The notes: generated by a model from the sequence alone, not told the origin. 62,590 bases of DNA, filler included, from Klebsormidium nitens (GCA_000708835.1; 7 parts of 7 records of this genome joined end to end with filler, not necessarily neighbours in it), one strand, 5' to 3'. Counted from the first letter of the whole stretch, positions 45,345-58,409 are shown. Made by a program: numbers and translations.

Positions 45345-45719
45345 ATGGGGAACCCCAGGGTTGTGGCGGCCCTCCTGCTGATCGGTGGGCTCATCATCTT
45401 CCTGAGCCCCCTCATCAATGTACTGCAGCTCTTTGGCGTGATGCTCGTCCTTAGGGGCGTCCTAATCTACACGACCGGCAGCCTCCGGGTTGTGAGGGGC
45501 GCCCGAGCCCGCCTGCAGGCGCTGCCTGAGCGGATGGACGCGGCTACTGCTGCCTTGAGGGCCGCGGACTCTGCCACGCAGGCGGCCAAGGCTGCGGCCC
45601 CAAAGAATACCGTGCAATATCTGCCAACCCTGGACATGTTCTTTGCGGGCAAGAGTGTAGGCACCTACTTGTCGGACAACATGTTCAAGCTGAACGACCC
45701 CCACCCGTCGGGGACATAG
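45345..45719 (+). CDS. Virus-like membrane protein
   Basis: Starts 7 bp after the previous stop. N-terminal TM helices and a C-terminal TVQYLPTLD..S..MF..P tail reminiscent of small NCLDV membrane proteins. Confidence 0.6.
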   Translation: MGNPRVVAALLLIGGLIIFLSPLINVLQLFGVMLVLRGVLIYTTGSLRVVRGARARLQALPERMDAATAALRAADSATQAAKAAAPKNTVQYLPTLDMFFAGKSVGTYLSDNMFKLNDPHPSGT

Positions 45720-45724
45720 TCCTT

Positions 45725-46123
45725 TCATGCGATGCGCTCGTCTTTGTCTCGAACTCCGACTTCAATAGACGAGGGCGGAAGCTGCTTCTGTGATTCGGAC
45801 TCCGACTCCGACTCAGACCTATTCTCTGTAAAAAGCACGTATTCAGACTGTTTGCCCCAGCGCTGCTGTACCAGTTCTACTTCGTAAATATCGTAGCCAT
45901 TGTTTTGTAAATTCTGATAGTGGCGGACTACTTCCGGAATAGATGCGTTGTCACTTCCCTGCATTGCGAATATTCGTTTGCCATTCAGTGTTACATCGTC
46001 AAAAAATGCACCATCTCTTGCCAGTACAGTAACCCGAAGGTACGATTTTATCACTTTTGGATGTTGACAACAGATCAATTGTAAGCCCTTCCTGATCAGT
46101 TTGATTGGGTCTGGATCTGCCAT
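45725..46123 (-). CDS. Hypothetical protein
   Basis: Open intronless ORF (MADPDPIKLIRKGLQLICC...), tightly packed between virus-like genes. Confidence 0.5.
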   Translation of the reverse strand: MADPDPIKLIRKGLQLICCQHPKVIKSYLRVTVLARDGAFFDDVTLNGKRIFAMQGSDNASIPEVVRHYQNLQNNGYDIYEVELVQQRWGKQSEYVLFTENRSESESESESQKQLPPSSIEVGVRDKDERIA

Positions 46124-46292
46124 TTGCAGTACTGTCAGGAAGAATACAAAGGCTCCAGACGAGGTAACGAACCCTAGGCGCCCCTTGGACAGCAACTCGC
46201 GGCTAGCAGGTGCCGGCCTGAAAAGCATCTAGCCTTGAGCATGGCACAATTCAAGGGTTGAAAAGGGGCTTAGGGCGACGCGTCTAGTAGAG

Positions 46293-49009
46293 ATGGCAAC
46301 TATTTTCATGGCATCTGCTATGGCTTCCCTGAGAGCCACAATCTTTGAGCTCGCAGAGTGTGGGTTCTATGGGATTCCTGTCAAAATCACCCTCGAGAAC
46401 GGTAAGAAGGTCAGCTCGTTCCCGCGATCCTATGCGCACCTGACAACGGTCGAGAGGTGGAGGCAGAGCATCGATGGCATCATCGCCTCGCACGGGCGCG
46501 GCTGCAACAGCATCGCGGTCCTGACGGGCATCAGTGACCTCTTTGTTGTCGACATTGACACCACATCCGACTCCACAAAGCAGGCTGGAATGGACCTCTG
46601 GAACAGGCTGGTGTTTGAGCACGGGGAGCCAAACACTCTCCGCGCAAAGACGGGGAGCGGTGGTCTCCACTTTTACTTCTCTGTCTCACAGACGCCCCGC
46701 CTGAAGCGGACCCGCAACTTCTCTGGTGTCAAGGTGGACGGCCATACCCACGGCATCGACGGGAGAGGGAGGGGAGGTGTCATCTTCTGCCCTCCCAGCT
46801 CCTACACGGACGAGAACGGCACCCGTTACAGCTACTTTTGGGAGCACGGGGAGCCGCGGCTCGGCTGCAACGGCATGCCGGACTGGCTGACCGATCTGGT
46901 CAACGCGCAGGGCGGGGCGGCGCTTCCAGACCCGGACGAAGCACCCGGCGACCTTCAGGCTCTCCAGGCCTTCGCTCCCGATCCCCAGGCCGGCCCGAGC
47001 GCCCTGCAGCTGCCAGTGGACCGTTCCATTGTTCCACGCGGAGAGCCGTTCTTCACGGAGAGGGAACCGGCTCACTACGATCTTGCATCCGCCCCCAACG
47101 CGCTGATTGTGAGCGGCATCAGGGACCTGCTGCTCGAGAAGGCGGGTGACAGGACAAGCCGCTGCAGCAGCACGCTCGACCACGGCCCGTTTGGCACCTT
47201 CTACTGCTTCCGGGTCAGCGGGCCCCGCATCTGCTTCCTCGGCCAGCAGCACGACGGGGCCAACAACTTCAACGTCCTCAAGCAGGGCAAACGGCTGCTC
47301 TATCGGTGTCACGGCACCATCTGCAGTCACGAGAAGGTCAAGCCGCTGGGCTACCTGCCCCTCGAGGTCGCACTGATGGACGCGAGCTCGGAAGCAGTGG
47401 ACGATGCTAGCGATGACTCCGTCTTCAACTTCCGGACAATGTCCTCCAACAACCAGGCGCTCCTCCTCCGGCTGCTGGCGGAGAAGATACGGGAGAACTA
47501 CACCGGGTTGGGCCAGGTCTTTGCTTACGTCTACGCCAAGGAGGGGCGCATCCTCGTGACAGACCCCAAGAGGACCTTCTACTTCTGGGACGGCAAGCAG
47601 TGGATGCGTGACGACGGCGGGAAGGTCCAGAGCACCTTCTGCGTGCAGATGGCCAGGCTGCTCAGGTGGTACGACCGTCAACGCGATGCTCTCCTTAAGC
47701 GGAAGCTTATTGAGGCGGGCGCCTGCCAAGAGGACGAGCCCATGAGCTCGGTGATCGCGGCTGCGCGGAAGAGCGACGCAAGGGTCAAGAAGGCAGAGGC
47801 CCAGGTGGAAGAGGAGCTGCCACGCAACAAGGTCAATGTCAGCAACCCAAAGGAGGCGCGCAGCTGCCTGGAGTACTGCCAGAGTTTTTTCTACGAGCCG
47901 GATCTCCTGTCATACATGGACAGGAACAATGACATCATAAGCTGCCCCAACGGCATCCTGGACCTTCGCACTGGCAAGCTCACCGCACCGCACCCCAGCC
48001 ACATGTGCACACGGTCTGCAGGCACGAGGTACATGGGTGCCGGCTACGACACGAGCCGCTTCCAGGCGTTTGTGGACGACATCTTCAACTCCGAGGCCGA
48101 GGTCGTCCAATGGATGCAGCTTTTCCTCGGGTACTGCCTTACGGGGCACACGATCGAGGAGATGTTTTGTGTGTGGTTCGGTTCAGGGGCAAATGCGAAG
48201 GGCGCCCTTAAGCAAGCAGTTGCCAGGGCGTTTGGCACCTACTACACGGTGATGAACAAGGACTGCTTCATCAAGCCGGGAGGGAAGCGGGCGGAGGGCG
48301 CAGCGACCAGCCACATCATGCAGCTGAAGAGCGCCCGGCTTGCAATCTGTGACGAGAGCGAGGAAGGACAGCAGATCAACGGTGGAATCATCAAGGAGAT
48401 GTCCGGTGGAGGGGCCGTGACCGCACGCGAGCTCTTCTGCAAGCCAGAGACGTTTGTGCCAACGCACAAGGCCGTCCTCCTGACGAACCACAAGCCGGAC
48501 ATCTCTGACGCGGACGAGGGACTCCTAAGTCGGAGGCTGTGTATCGTTCCTTTCGTCAACTGCTACAAGCCACCCGGGGAGCTCGACCCCAACAATCCGT
48601 TCCACAAGCCTCAGGTTAGCGCTCTCAAGGACTTTCTAGAGTCTGAGGAGGGCTGGTCTGGTGCGTTCGGGGTGCCATGGAGTGGTACCGCAGGCGGGAG
48701 CTCAACCCGGTGGCCAAGGTGCTGCAGCCCCTCCCAAGGACTCTGGCAGCGGCTTTCAGCGACTACAAGCTGGAGGCGGATCAGCTCCAGCAGTTCAATA
48801 TCAACGACTGCTGTGAGATTGGGCCCGACTATGCTGTCAGCTCCGCAGACTTTCTGGCTCAGTACGTTACAGAGATGGGAGCAAGCATCAAGCCACGTGC
48901 ACTCGGTATGGCCATGCATAAGAAGGGGTTCGCGCCCACAGAAGTGACGGTGGGTAATGCTCGGAGGAGAGGCTTCAAGGGCATTCGCCTCAAGGAAGTA
49001 CTGGACTGA
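46293..49009 (+). CDS. Bifunctional primase-polymerase (PrimPol) fused to D5-like SF3 helicase; frameshift near 48660
   Basis: IAVLTG..LFVVDID, KTGSGGLHFYF, DGRGRGG, D5_N (PNGILDLRTG), Walker A-like GSGANAKG, AICDESEE, LTNHKP. The C-terminus continues in another frame (48677-49009, ..RGFKGIRLK). Confidence 0.9.
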
Positions 49010-49096
49010 CCCATGTTACAGAGCTCTTCTAAAATTCCTGCGTTTCAACAGAGGCGATTATTATACACTCGAGCTGTAGGTGTACCGATCGCAAGT

Positions 49097-50186
49097 ATGG
49101 ACTCAATCCAACCTGCTACTGCAACCAGATATTGCAATGGCTGTAGAATAACCCTCAACTCTGAATCGTTCAACAAGGGAACCGCACGATGCAAGCTCTG
49201 TTGCAAGCAATACAAGAAGTTTCATTACGACAAGAACCGAGATACTATTGCTGCAAAACACAGGTTGTATCGAGAGGCCAATGCTGAAGGCATCAGGATT
49301 GCAAAGAAGAGATATTGCAAAGAGAACAAAGACAAGGTGGCGGCCGCGAAAAAGGGGTACAAAGAAGCCAACAGGGAAGCGGTCAATCGTCGCAAGCGGA
49401 TATGGGCAAGGAATGCTTACGAACCTACAAAGTGGCTCGTATCATTCAAGAAGAGGTTCACACCGGTACTTGAAGAGCTCGTGCGGCATTTTGCCTCTAA
49501 GACCTGCATAGTCTGCGGCGTTAACCAAGCTGTAACAGAGTTTGTACACTTGAAGCAGAACAAACCTGTTGCAACATGTCTTCGATGTCGCACAAATGTT
49601 AAGCAAGCCCAAGCAACTGCAATCTACAGGGAGAAACAGAGAACGTACTACCGGGAGATCCTCTGCCCGTACAGCGACTCTGTCAAGCAGGCTGGAGAGT
49701 GCGTCGACTGTGGTGAAAAGGATTGGATGGTCCTTGAATTTGACCACCGCGACCCAAAGACCAAAAAATGCTGTATTCTACATTGTCGTACACTGGAAGC
49801 AATGAAGGCAGAGATTGCAAAATGCGATCTCCGTTGCTGTGTATGTCACCAGCTCAAGACGTTGCGTGATAAGAAGACTCAAGGATCTTGGTCCGGCCAG
49901 CACAAAGTCAAAGCTGCTTTTGTGAATGAACACAAGCTGTCAGCAGGCGGGTGTACCCATTGCGCACGTTTTATCACAAGAGCCAGTACATCGGCCTTTG
50001 ACTTGGATCACCTTGATCGCTCTACGAAGGTGCATTCCAGCAGTAAAGATGGTAAGTAGTGCTAAGTACACACTCTCTGACATCAAAGAGGAGCTACTAA
50101 AAACCCGCTTACTATGCAAAAACTGTCACCGACGCCACACCCTGCAACAACTTTTCCAAAAAAATCCAACGCAGCCCGCGATGTAG
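49097..50186 (+). CDS. Zn-ribbon protein with two HNH-like endonuclease domains; frameshift near 50040
   Basis: CVDCG..VLEFDHRDP.TK..EIAKCDLRCCVCH, then CTHC..FDLDHLDR.TK../..IKEELLKTRLLCKNCHRRH. The N-terminus has CxxC pairs and helical Y.E.N repeats. Confidence 0.75.
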
Positions 50187-50744
50187 AACAACATGAAGAG
50201 GGATACTCTTATTACCATTTTCGCCCAAACNNNNNNNNNNNNNNNNNNNNNNNNNNNNNNNNNNNNNNNNNNNNTTAATTAATTAANNNNNNNNNNNNNN
50301 NNNNNNNNNNNNNNNNNNNNNNNNNNNNNNAAAACTTGTTGACCCGGGTGTAGGTACACTGCAAGAGTACGTGGTCGGCCTCTTGATAGGTAGGTACCTC
50401 AGAAGTGTAGGTACCCTCGATTCTCGAGCATTGCGTAGTCGCCCGCGTGACGTCTGCGATAGTGAGATCCAACATGCAGTCGGGTCACGTCATGACCACC
50501 CCAGAAAGCTTGTTTTAACCTCAATAATCGGAAGCACGTAAGCATGTTAGACAACGCGGGAGGTCTGACACGTCGATTCGAGGGATGTTGTCAGCGAAGA
50601 TCAACAGGTTACAGCTCAGGCCTGGTTCAGAGTTCTGCTGGTTCACGGTCAGGACGACCCAGGGGCCAGGAGCATTGTGACTCGTGAGTGTCTGAGCCTG
50701 GGGCACGGTAGGAGTATCTACCAGCAGGCTGCATATTGAATTTA

Positions 50745-51270
50745 GGGAAGGGTCATTTTGAAGCGGTACCCCCCGCGGTAGTAACTGTTGAGGGGGGGGG
50801 ACACGGGACCAAGATTGGATTCCAGGATCATGAAGGGGGGGGGGACTTGGCCACCTGTGAAGTTCCTCGAGGCTACATGGGGGGGGAGCCTTTGCAGATC
50901 TTGCAGAAGAAATTGGTCAGAGAGAGAAATCTCTAAATTTAAAGACCAATACAACCTTTTTCAACGGATTTTACTCTCCTTTCTTCGGCAAATACTCTAC
51001 AGGCTTGTCAAAAAGCCCTTGCGACTAGCTTGCAATAGGAGCTAATAGGGGACAAATTTTGGAAAATACTCCGATCAGCCAAAATATTTGCAATTTTTAA
51101 GCCTTTCTATGGGAGGGGGACTTGAAACCCTCCAACGCTCCGACGGCATGGGGGCGGTACTTGGGACTTGAGCCAGCGAGACAAGTGAGTATGGGGTGGG
51201 GACAAGGGTCCTCAAACGAAAAGGGCTCAACAGTTACTACGGGGGGTACAGCTTCAAAATGACCCTTCCC
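50745..51270. mobile_element. PIF/Harbinger (Tourist-like) MITE, 526 bp
   Basis: TTA|GGGAAGGGTCATTTTGAAGC..GTAGTAACTGTTGAG ... CTCAACAGTTACTAC..GCTTCAAAATGACCCTTCCC|TTA; ~45-bp TIRs and a 3-bp TTA TSD. Confidence 0.9.
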
Positions 51271-52118
51271 TTACCAGTACGTCCAATAAACCAGCTCACA
51301 ATTCTGTCTGGAAGCAAGGACCTTTGAGAGATGTTAACGCCGTACCCGGGCCGGTAGCTGCGCTGTACTATCCGCCAGCTCAGCCGTTTAAGCAGTACGG
51401 CGTAGTAGGTAGAATAATATAACGTTGAGTACAGACAAAGTGAGACCCGGTCAATATACCGGTATGTGGGTACTTTGAACGTTTCAACTCAAACGGGATG
51501 AGGACATCAGCGTAACAATCCTGTTAATGGGGCGGTCGAACGTCGGAGAACAGCCAGCCTCGGTTGGATCGACTTGGAAGTTGGGGGCAACTTTCCAGAT
51601 CACTGCGACCACTGATTGCGTCAATCTTGTACACGATTCTTGTGCTCACCTTGCCATGTGTGCATCATGCACAGAGCTAGTAAGAAGGGTCCATTTTTCA
51701 ATTTCAGCTTCCGATTGTTATGTTAGACGCCGATCCGACCGCCTTTCGTGCAAGCCGCATTTCTGCCTGCAGCTTTACGCGCAGCTGCCTATCTTCCGTT
51801 TGTTAGCTGGTAGACCCTCAATTTCTGGCTGCAGGTTGGAAGCACTCCGTGCAGATTGTCCTTTTATCCATTCCTGCTTTGAGCCTTAGTACGAGAGTCT
51901 CCTTGTCCCTAAAAACAAGCTCAACCTGAGCGCAAAAGCGAACCTCTTCACGCTTATCAGCAAAGTCAACTTTGTGGGAAAAGCTGAAAAGGCGCACTAT
52001 GGCCGACTCCAACACGTTTCTGTGAGCTGTTACGCTATCCGTAGGGGATGCAGAGAGGCTCTAAACGAGAAGCAACCCCTGAGCGAGTCTCTGGCTAGCC
52101 GAGCCTTACAGCGGCGGC

Positions 52119-54105
52119 ATGGCTGATGAATGGGAGATGGACGAGTCATTCGGAGATCCTGCCTTTGACTTGGGGGGAATGTCTCCAACCGCAAAGTCAT
52201 CCCCTTCCTTATCAACGTTGAGTTGCAGCGTCCCAGAGTGGATCCCATCCCCCAGTTTCGAGGAGGATTCTGGAAGCACAAGCCAGCTTAATAACGTTTG
52301 CAGAGTGGATTGGGGCGCGTCACTCTCGTCAATATGGGGGCCAAGAGAGAGGCAGGATGTGAGCATACCAAATCCCTACAGCCCACAGCCAGCTCGATTG
52401 CCCGGTTTGATCCTTTGGGTAACGAATTCTAACTTCTTTCCAAGCCAGTTTCAGATTCGGTCCTTGGATGCAGGCGACCAAAGAGCTGCCTAAGCGAACG
52501 CTCTGGTTGACCTAAACGGCCGACTCCTTTGCATGCAAAGTGTTACGTCCCGGCCTAATTTGGACGGCCAACTACTTTGCACGTTGTAGCACCGAGATCA
52601 GTCGCTGGCAAGAGCTGCTTTCTGCGGGTTCAGGCCAGCTGCATAATGGTTTTCAACACCTTGATTGACTGGTGCTTTGCAATTGAGGTGGCCACAGGGT
52701 GCATTATGGAGATTACCCACAACCAACAGGAAACCGGGATGTCACGTGTTTGCCCTCCTGTCTCACAAGCTGAAGAGATCCTTGCGCATAAAGTATTCCA
52801 GTTTGCTTCTCCCTGCGTGGAGCAGGTAACCAGCTATGGCCACTTTCAGCCTTCAATGGCGGAGGACGTCCGGAAAAATGCAGCCTTCAATCAGTTACAA
52901 AGATATCCATATATGCAAGGCAAGCGAGCTGAGACATACATACAGGGTCACTTAAGGAGCATGCAAATCGCACCAGGCATCGAAGTATTCCTGCCTGATA
53001 CTTGCGCTTTCCAACAGTTTTGAACAATCCAGTCGTTGAAACGCCTGTTATCTTGTAAGCACCTGCTGAGAACCAATCTCTTGCTTTGGCTGCTCAGGTG
53101 ACTAGCAATCAAGGAGCGGATGTCGAATGGATCGCAGCTAGAGATGCTCGCGCACAAATTGCGCCGGTTCGAAGAATATGTGAAAAATGCTCGGGAAGTG
53201 GACTTCAACCTACTCATCTTCAGGTTAGTACTCAGAACTGTCACGACTCGTCGCTTTATCTCACCTCCCTAATCTATCAACGACGGGGCAACTTACTTCG
53301 TTCATACTGCCTCGTCTCAAATCGTTCCAACTGGCTTTAAACGGCTTCTAAATAAAGCTCGATCGACCCTTAGGACGACGCGCCGTTCATTTCGAGAGGG
53401 TTTGCTCGAAGCTGAGTTTCGGTGAAGGGCGCTTACCTGAAGACTTCCGAACTGTCTCGGAGTGAACTCAGAGACGCAAATCGCGAGCAGGAAGCGTAGG
53501 CAGAGAACCAAATGGTTTTCGTCAGAATGCTCTTGTCCGGAAAGTCGGTGAACACAAGAGTTTGACGTCAGCTTGCAAGCACGCCCGCTTTGGTGGGCGC
53601 TTCCGAATCTCTCGAAACCTTCTTTGGAGGAAGGAAGCCGACATTATGAACGTACCCAAGTGGGCTGAATGCTTCTAGACCTGAGGTCCAAGGGTTTGAA
53701 TCCAACAATTCCTTGATCAGGTGACAAGTTTTTGCAACTTCGATTCGACTGTGGACGTCAATTGAGAGCGTCGAATTTGAATTGATAGCATTTGTCGGGA
53801 AAAACAGCCACGTTGACTCGTCATCACTCGATGCGCTGGAGGCAAGGATCCAGTATCGGGCAGCTTCCAGAGCGTCACACGATCGTTTTGATCTTGTCAT
53901 CCTTGTCGATCTTTCCGGGAGACCATTCCACGTTTCAACGTGCTCAGGCAAAGGTCGACTGACCTTGAATTCACCAACTTTCAAAGCTAACGGTGGTGTT
54001 CCTATCCAAGTCGGCCGCAAAGTCGTTAATTCTCCATCTTCTTCCTCTGACCTACCTCTTTTGATGTCGTCAGATCAGTACAAATTTGGCCAAGAGTTGT
54101 TCTGA
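52119..54105 (+). pseudogene. Unidentified degraded coding region
   Basis: A chain of stop-interrupted, protein-like + strand frames (52119, 52577, 53086, 53782). No family recognised. Confidence 0.25.
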
Positions 54106-54444
54106 TTTGCAGTCTTTCCTTTCTAGGGTCACAAGATAGCAGTCGGGATCAGGCAATACCCGGCGTTACGCCCGCAAGAAGCCGAGCTTGTAGGCGCTGA
54201 AAATCAATGCTCATCATCGACGAGTGGTTCAGGAGTCTGAGAGCATCTGCGGAGAACAGCGTGCGTTCAGAAGAAAAGGTATTCCCATCAATACGTAACT
54301 GAAGCGCCTCTAACCGAAAGCTCGTTTCCAGATGAGACTACCGTNNNNNNNNNNNNNNNNNNNNNNNNNNNNNNNNNNNNNNNNNNNNTTAATTAATTAA
54401 NNNNNNNNNNNNNNNNNNNNNNNNNNNNNNNNNNNNNNNNNNNN

Positions 54445-56300
54445 ACGAGGTGATCCCAAAGCGGGCTGAGAAGCTTTGCATGGTTTCCGCACATGTGAAG
54501 TAGACAGGCAGCGTGTGACCCTGTCCAACCGTCACACAGAAGCAACTGATTGCGGCACGTAGGTGGTCTTAAACCATCCCAGAAGACTTGAGAATAACGT
54601 CTTTTGCTTGGGACGTCAGCCGAACTTCTAATCGTTGACCGATCGCGGCGGTCAAGACTTTGCGGTGGCATCATCGTCTCTGTGACAAAGACAAACGGAA
54701 AACGAGGACAGACCTTTACTGTCAGATTTCATAAGATCTCCGCATTCCTAATGATATCGCGTCGCTTTCTAAGTTATTGTGAGCAGTCCAGACAACGAAA
54801 CGCGAACACTCAGAAGAATCGAATACTATGCACAGCAGCCATCAAGCGGGGACACTCCAATCACAGCTGCATTGTCAAAGCACCAAACAGGAAGCCCAAC
54901 CGAAAGTTTCACAAGTTCCTCACGTGACCCGCTTCCACTTGAGCATCTCGTGTACCGCCTCTCTTTGGTCCTCGTCGTCGGGGGGCTCCCCCGGGGGCTT
55001 TATCATGCCCCAGTTCACGTACTCCTCATCCCCCGGGTGGTACACCACCGTCGATTCGTCCGTCTCAGCACTTTCCACCGTCGATTTCCCCGTCGCAGCG
55101 CTTTCCAGCGTCGATGTCCCCGTCGCAGCGCCTCTCACGTCCGTGGATTCCTCCATCGCAGCGCTTCTCCCGAGCACTCGGCTCCCCTCCGAGGTTCCTA
55201 CTGCCGGACTCTGATCACCGGGGAGAACCGCGAAGACGAACGGCGACTTTGAAACCCTCGCCCTCCGGTCGCCGACTTCCACACGAAGCCCTGCTCTTCC
55301 GTTCTCCTTCCGCTTTCCGTGACCGCGTACTGAGATTCCGGGCGCCTTGAGCTGTCGTTTACTCGGTTTTCTTGCCCGATTGATTCTGTCCCGGTCGCTT
55401 GCTTCACGTCCGCTTCCGTGCACCAGTTGGGCGGCGGCTCATGGGGAGCTTTTCCCGGTGAGCTGTTCACCGGGCCCTTTCCCTGGTTTGCAAAGAACCT
55501 TTTCAGGACAGCTGTCGAGGAGCGGGGAACGACGAGCAGCCTGCGCAAGCCCCATCTTGGCTGAAACCTGGTCAGACAATGCAGCCACAAAATTTGTTCA
55601 GAACATGATGAACCGCGAATACAGAATTTTTTGGACCTTAACCATGGATGGTTATGGGTGGCTATGGCTGATCACAAAGTGGTTAAGTGTCCAATAACCA
55701 GACACGGGAGATACCCAGCTTTGGCACAAGATTATAGCTTGGTCATCTGTCCAACGACCTGAGTCTCACGTTTGTCAAACACCCTGTTTAAGAGCCAAGA
55801 TTTAATGGAAACAAAGATGACAAAAGGCTTTTGGAGTGGCGAACACAAGCCAAATTCTGCCCGAGAGTAGGAAGGCGTCTGATGGGCATCGTGAAAGTCA
55901 AGGAAAGCTATCGTCACAAACAATGTGTTCAGCGAAAGACCCTTGTTTCGCCACCAGAATCACGAAGAGAATGTCAACGAATCCACTCTGTGTCTCCATG
56001 CTCTTTAAAACGAACAATCCACATTCACCTTCTTCCTGCATTTTGAAGCGCTGCTCGGTGCTTACCTGCGGTGAACCCCGAAAGGGACCAAAATTCGTGC
56101 GGTCTTTGCGTCGCCGTAAGCACAACCTCTGTCAAACGGGCTCCCACGGTTTTAACGGTTTAGAACCTTTGCATGCACTCAAGCTTCTTGGCAAGCCGTT
56201 TAACAATTCTGTTGAACACAGCCACCCTTCATGTTTTGTGGCTAAACTAACAGCTCTCTCGCGCCCGCGGGCGACACATCGGATCAGAGCATGGAATGCG
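54445..56300 (-). pseudogene. Degenerate transposon-like coding segments (possible PHD finger and FAR1/MULE-like remnants)
   Basis: CRNQLLLCDG..H..CL near 54500-54560; TGC../W.L..F..SHSHP spread across frames near 55640-55790; low-complexity ORF at 54920-55423. Confidence 0.25.
55046..55165 (+). repeat. 30-nt coding minisatellite, 3-4 copies
   Basis: caccgtcgat(t/g)t(c/g)cccgtcgcagcgctttc-like units, encoding AATG(T/K)ST(L/V)ES repeats on the - strand. Confidence 0.85.
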
Positions 56301-56959
56301 CTTCTTGCGGGGGTTAGAGAAAAGGCGTTCCCTTTCAGTGTCATTCTCCCGCCTCGCGGGATGCCTCCAGTCTCTGGTCACGAAACAGAACGATTCCGTG
56401 AATCGTTCAGAATCCTAAAGAAGGCAAGCCAACGAGAACAGCGCACCAGACCGCCGTCGACAGTGCACTGGCGCCAAGTGGGCGCGCAGGACTGTGTCGG
56501 CGGCGGCGGCAAGCGAGTCTGCCAGATCAATTGCGGTCAGCAGCGTGAAACTTGATCGTGCATGCGGACGTCTGATGAGATCAGAAGCGATTGCTGACGT
56601 ACCGACTGGCCGGGGGCGCATGCATGGGCCGATCTAATTCTAAGCGCGCGCAATCACTGACGGCGGCCGCGCACGGAAGCGAACGTCTAGGTTCGGACGG
56701 ATCGCTCAGTGGTCCCTGAAGCAGGTCGTCGGATCTGCAGTCAGGTCTATAAACGGTGACCGAGAGAATGGTGAGCTGGTTTCGGCACCGCTGTGTCGTG
56801 CCGCTAGGCGTCGCTGCCATGCAGCCTCGTACGACCGTAGCGATGCAAGCAAAACGGANNNNNNNNNNNNNNNNNNNNNNNNNNNNNNNNNNNNNNNNNN
56901 NNTTAATTAATTAANNNNNNNNNNNNNNNNNNNNNNNNNNNNNNNNNNNNNNNNNNNNT

Positions 56960-58409
56960 TAGCTTGGCATCTCGTTCGCTTTCTGCTTCTCGAATCCTCT
57001 CGTCGATCTCATCTTTGCAGCCCTTGGTCCAAAAGCATTTCACTCTTCCCATGTGATACATGAAAGCATTCTTCACAAGCGTTGCTTCTGAATCGTCGCA
57101 TGCGACCCACGATGTTTCGTTCCAAACCCAAAACGTGCCAGCATCATACACAATGCGTCGGTCGTGATGAAACAACTTGGCAAAAATCGAGGCAACTCCC
57201 CAATCGCTTTTGCAAACCATACTCTTCACAAACTGCATCGGCAATCGTGCTTCGAGAGTGTCATCAGAGCTCGCTCTCCAGTCTCGAAATCCAAACTCAT
57301 CGACCGAGGCTTGCTCCAAAGCGGCAGAGATGCTAAGCCTTCCCAAGAGCTTCGTATTATTGCCCTGGCATGTGCTGCCAAAGCAGTGGTAGTAAACGTT
57401 GCGAATGTCTCCTGCACATCCCTGAATCACTGTAAAGTTGTTCGAACCATTGTGCTGCTGTCCAAGATAGCAAGTCCTTGCCCCATTTACGCGGAATTGG
57501 AATGCCCGATTGCCCTCCGGAAGCACTGCTGTGCCCCCAAAGCGTGCGTTTCCATCTTCCTTCGTCTTTTCTTGGAGCAACCTCTGTACCTCTTGGACCG
57601 CCGACGATTTTTTGTGAATCTCACCGACTTCTTTCAATGCAGGCAAGGTCTCAATTCCCTCGAGCTCTACCAGAGGTTCACGGTTCACCTTATTTGCTCC
57701 CTTCTCCTCTCTGCTTCCAACAATATGCTGGCCCGCATGATTGTTTACCATATTGGCGACCCACGAGGACAATTTCGGCGCATGCTTCATAGCTCGGAGG
57801 CCCATTGATCCACGAGTATGTTGCAAGCTCCCCCCGACCACCCACATAGCTTGTTGGTTGAGCAATAGCAACGCCGCCAACACCTCTTCCGTCTATGGAA
57901 TAGATCTCATCATCTAGCTTCACGGTCTCGAAGTTTCTCTTCCACTTCAAGCCGGGAGAGTCAAGCTTGAAATACAGATGTAATCCCCCGGACCCCGTTC
58001 TTGCCTGAAGTGTCTTTGGTTCTCCGTGAACACCAACGAGTTGCTCCCAAAGTTCCATACCGGGTCGCTTCTTCCCTTCGCCTTTCACGTCAACATCAAT
58101 GGTGTATACCCGACTGACCCCGGTGAGAATGGCCAGTCCGTTCGCATCTTGCATCTCTCTCATTGTGTGGTTGATGGATTTGGTCCAACCTTCCACATTC
58201 AAGTTCATGTGGTCGTATTTGGAAGGAAATCGAAGGTCCTTCTTACCCTTCTTATGACTCCAAGACAGACAGACGGGGATCGCATAGAGGTCCTTGTCAC
58301 AGAGTTGTTGGATTGCCTCCTTAATGCCTGATGGCCCTAGGGCCTTGGTCGAGTTGGAGGCCGAGGCCCCAGGGGCAGCGACAGCGTGTTGTACGTTTGG
58401 TGCAGTCAT
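56960..58409 (-). CDS. Second PrimPol-D5 primase-helicase (N-terminal half; frameshift near 57790; runs into gap)
   Basis: LAILTGVSRVYTIDVD, RTGSGGLHLYF, DGRGVGG, FRVNGARTCYLGQQHNGSNNF. Collinear with the 46293 protein (FRVSGPRICFLGQQHDGANNF). Confidence 0.88.

Noticed and set aside
46430-48919. Long antisense ORFs over the PrimPol-D5 gene (e.g. 46686-47729)
   Set aside because: Shadow ORFs caused by the strong GC3 codon bias of the sense gene.
50331-50706. POT1-like OB-fold fragment on the - strand
   Set aside because: Only a vague pattern across broken frames; not supportable without a profile search.
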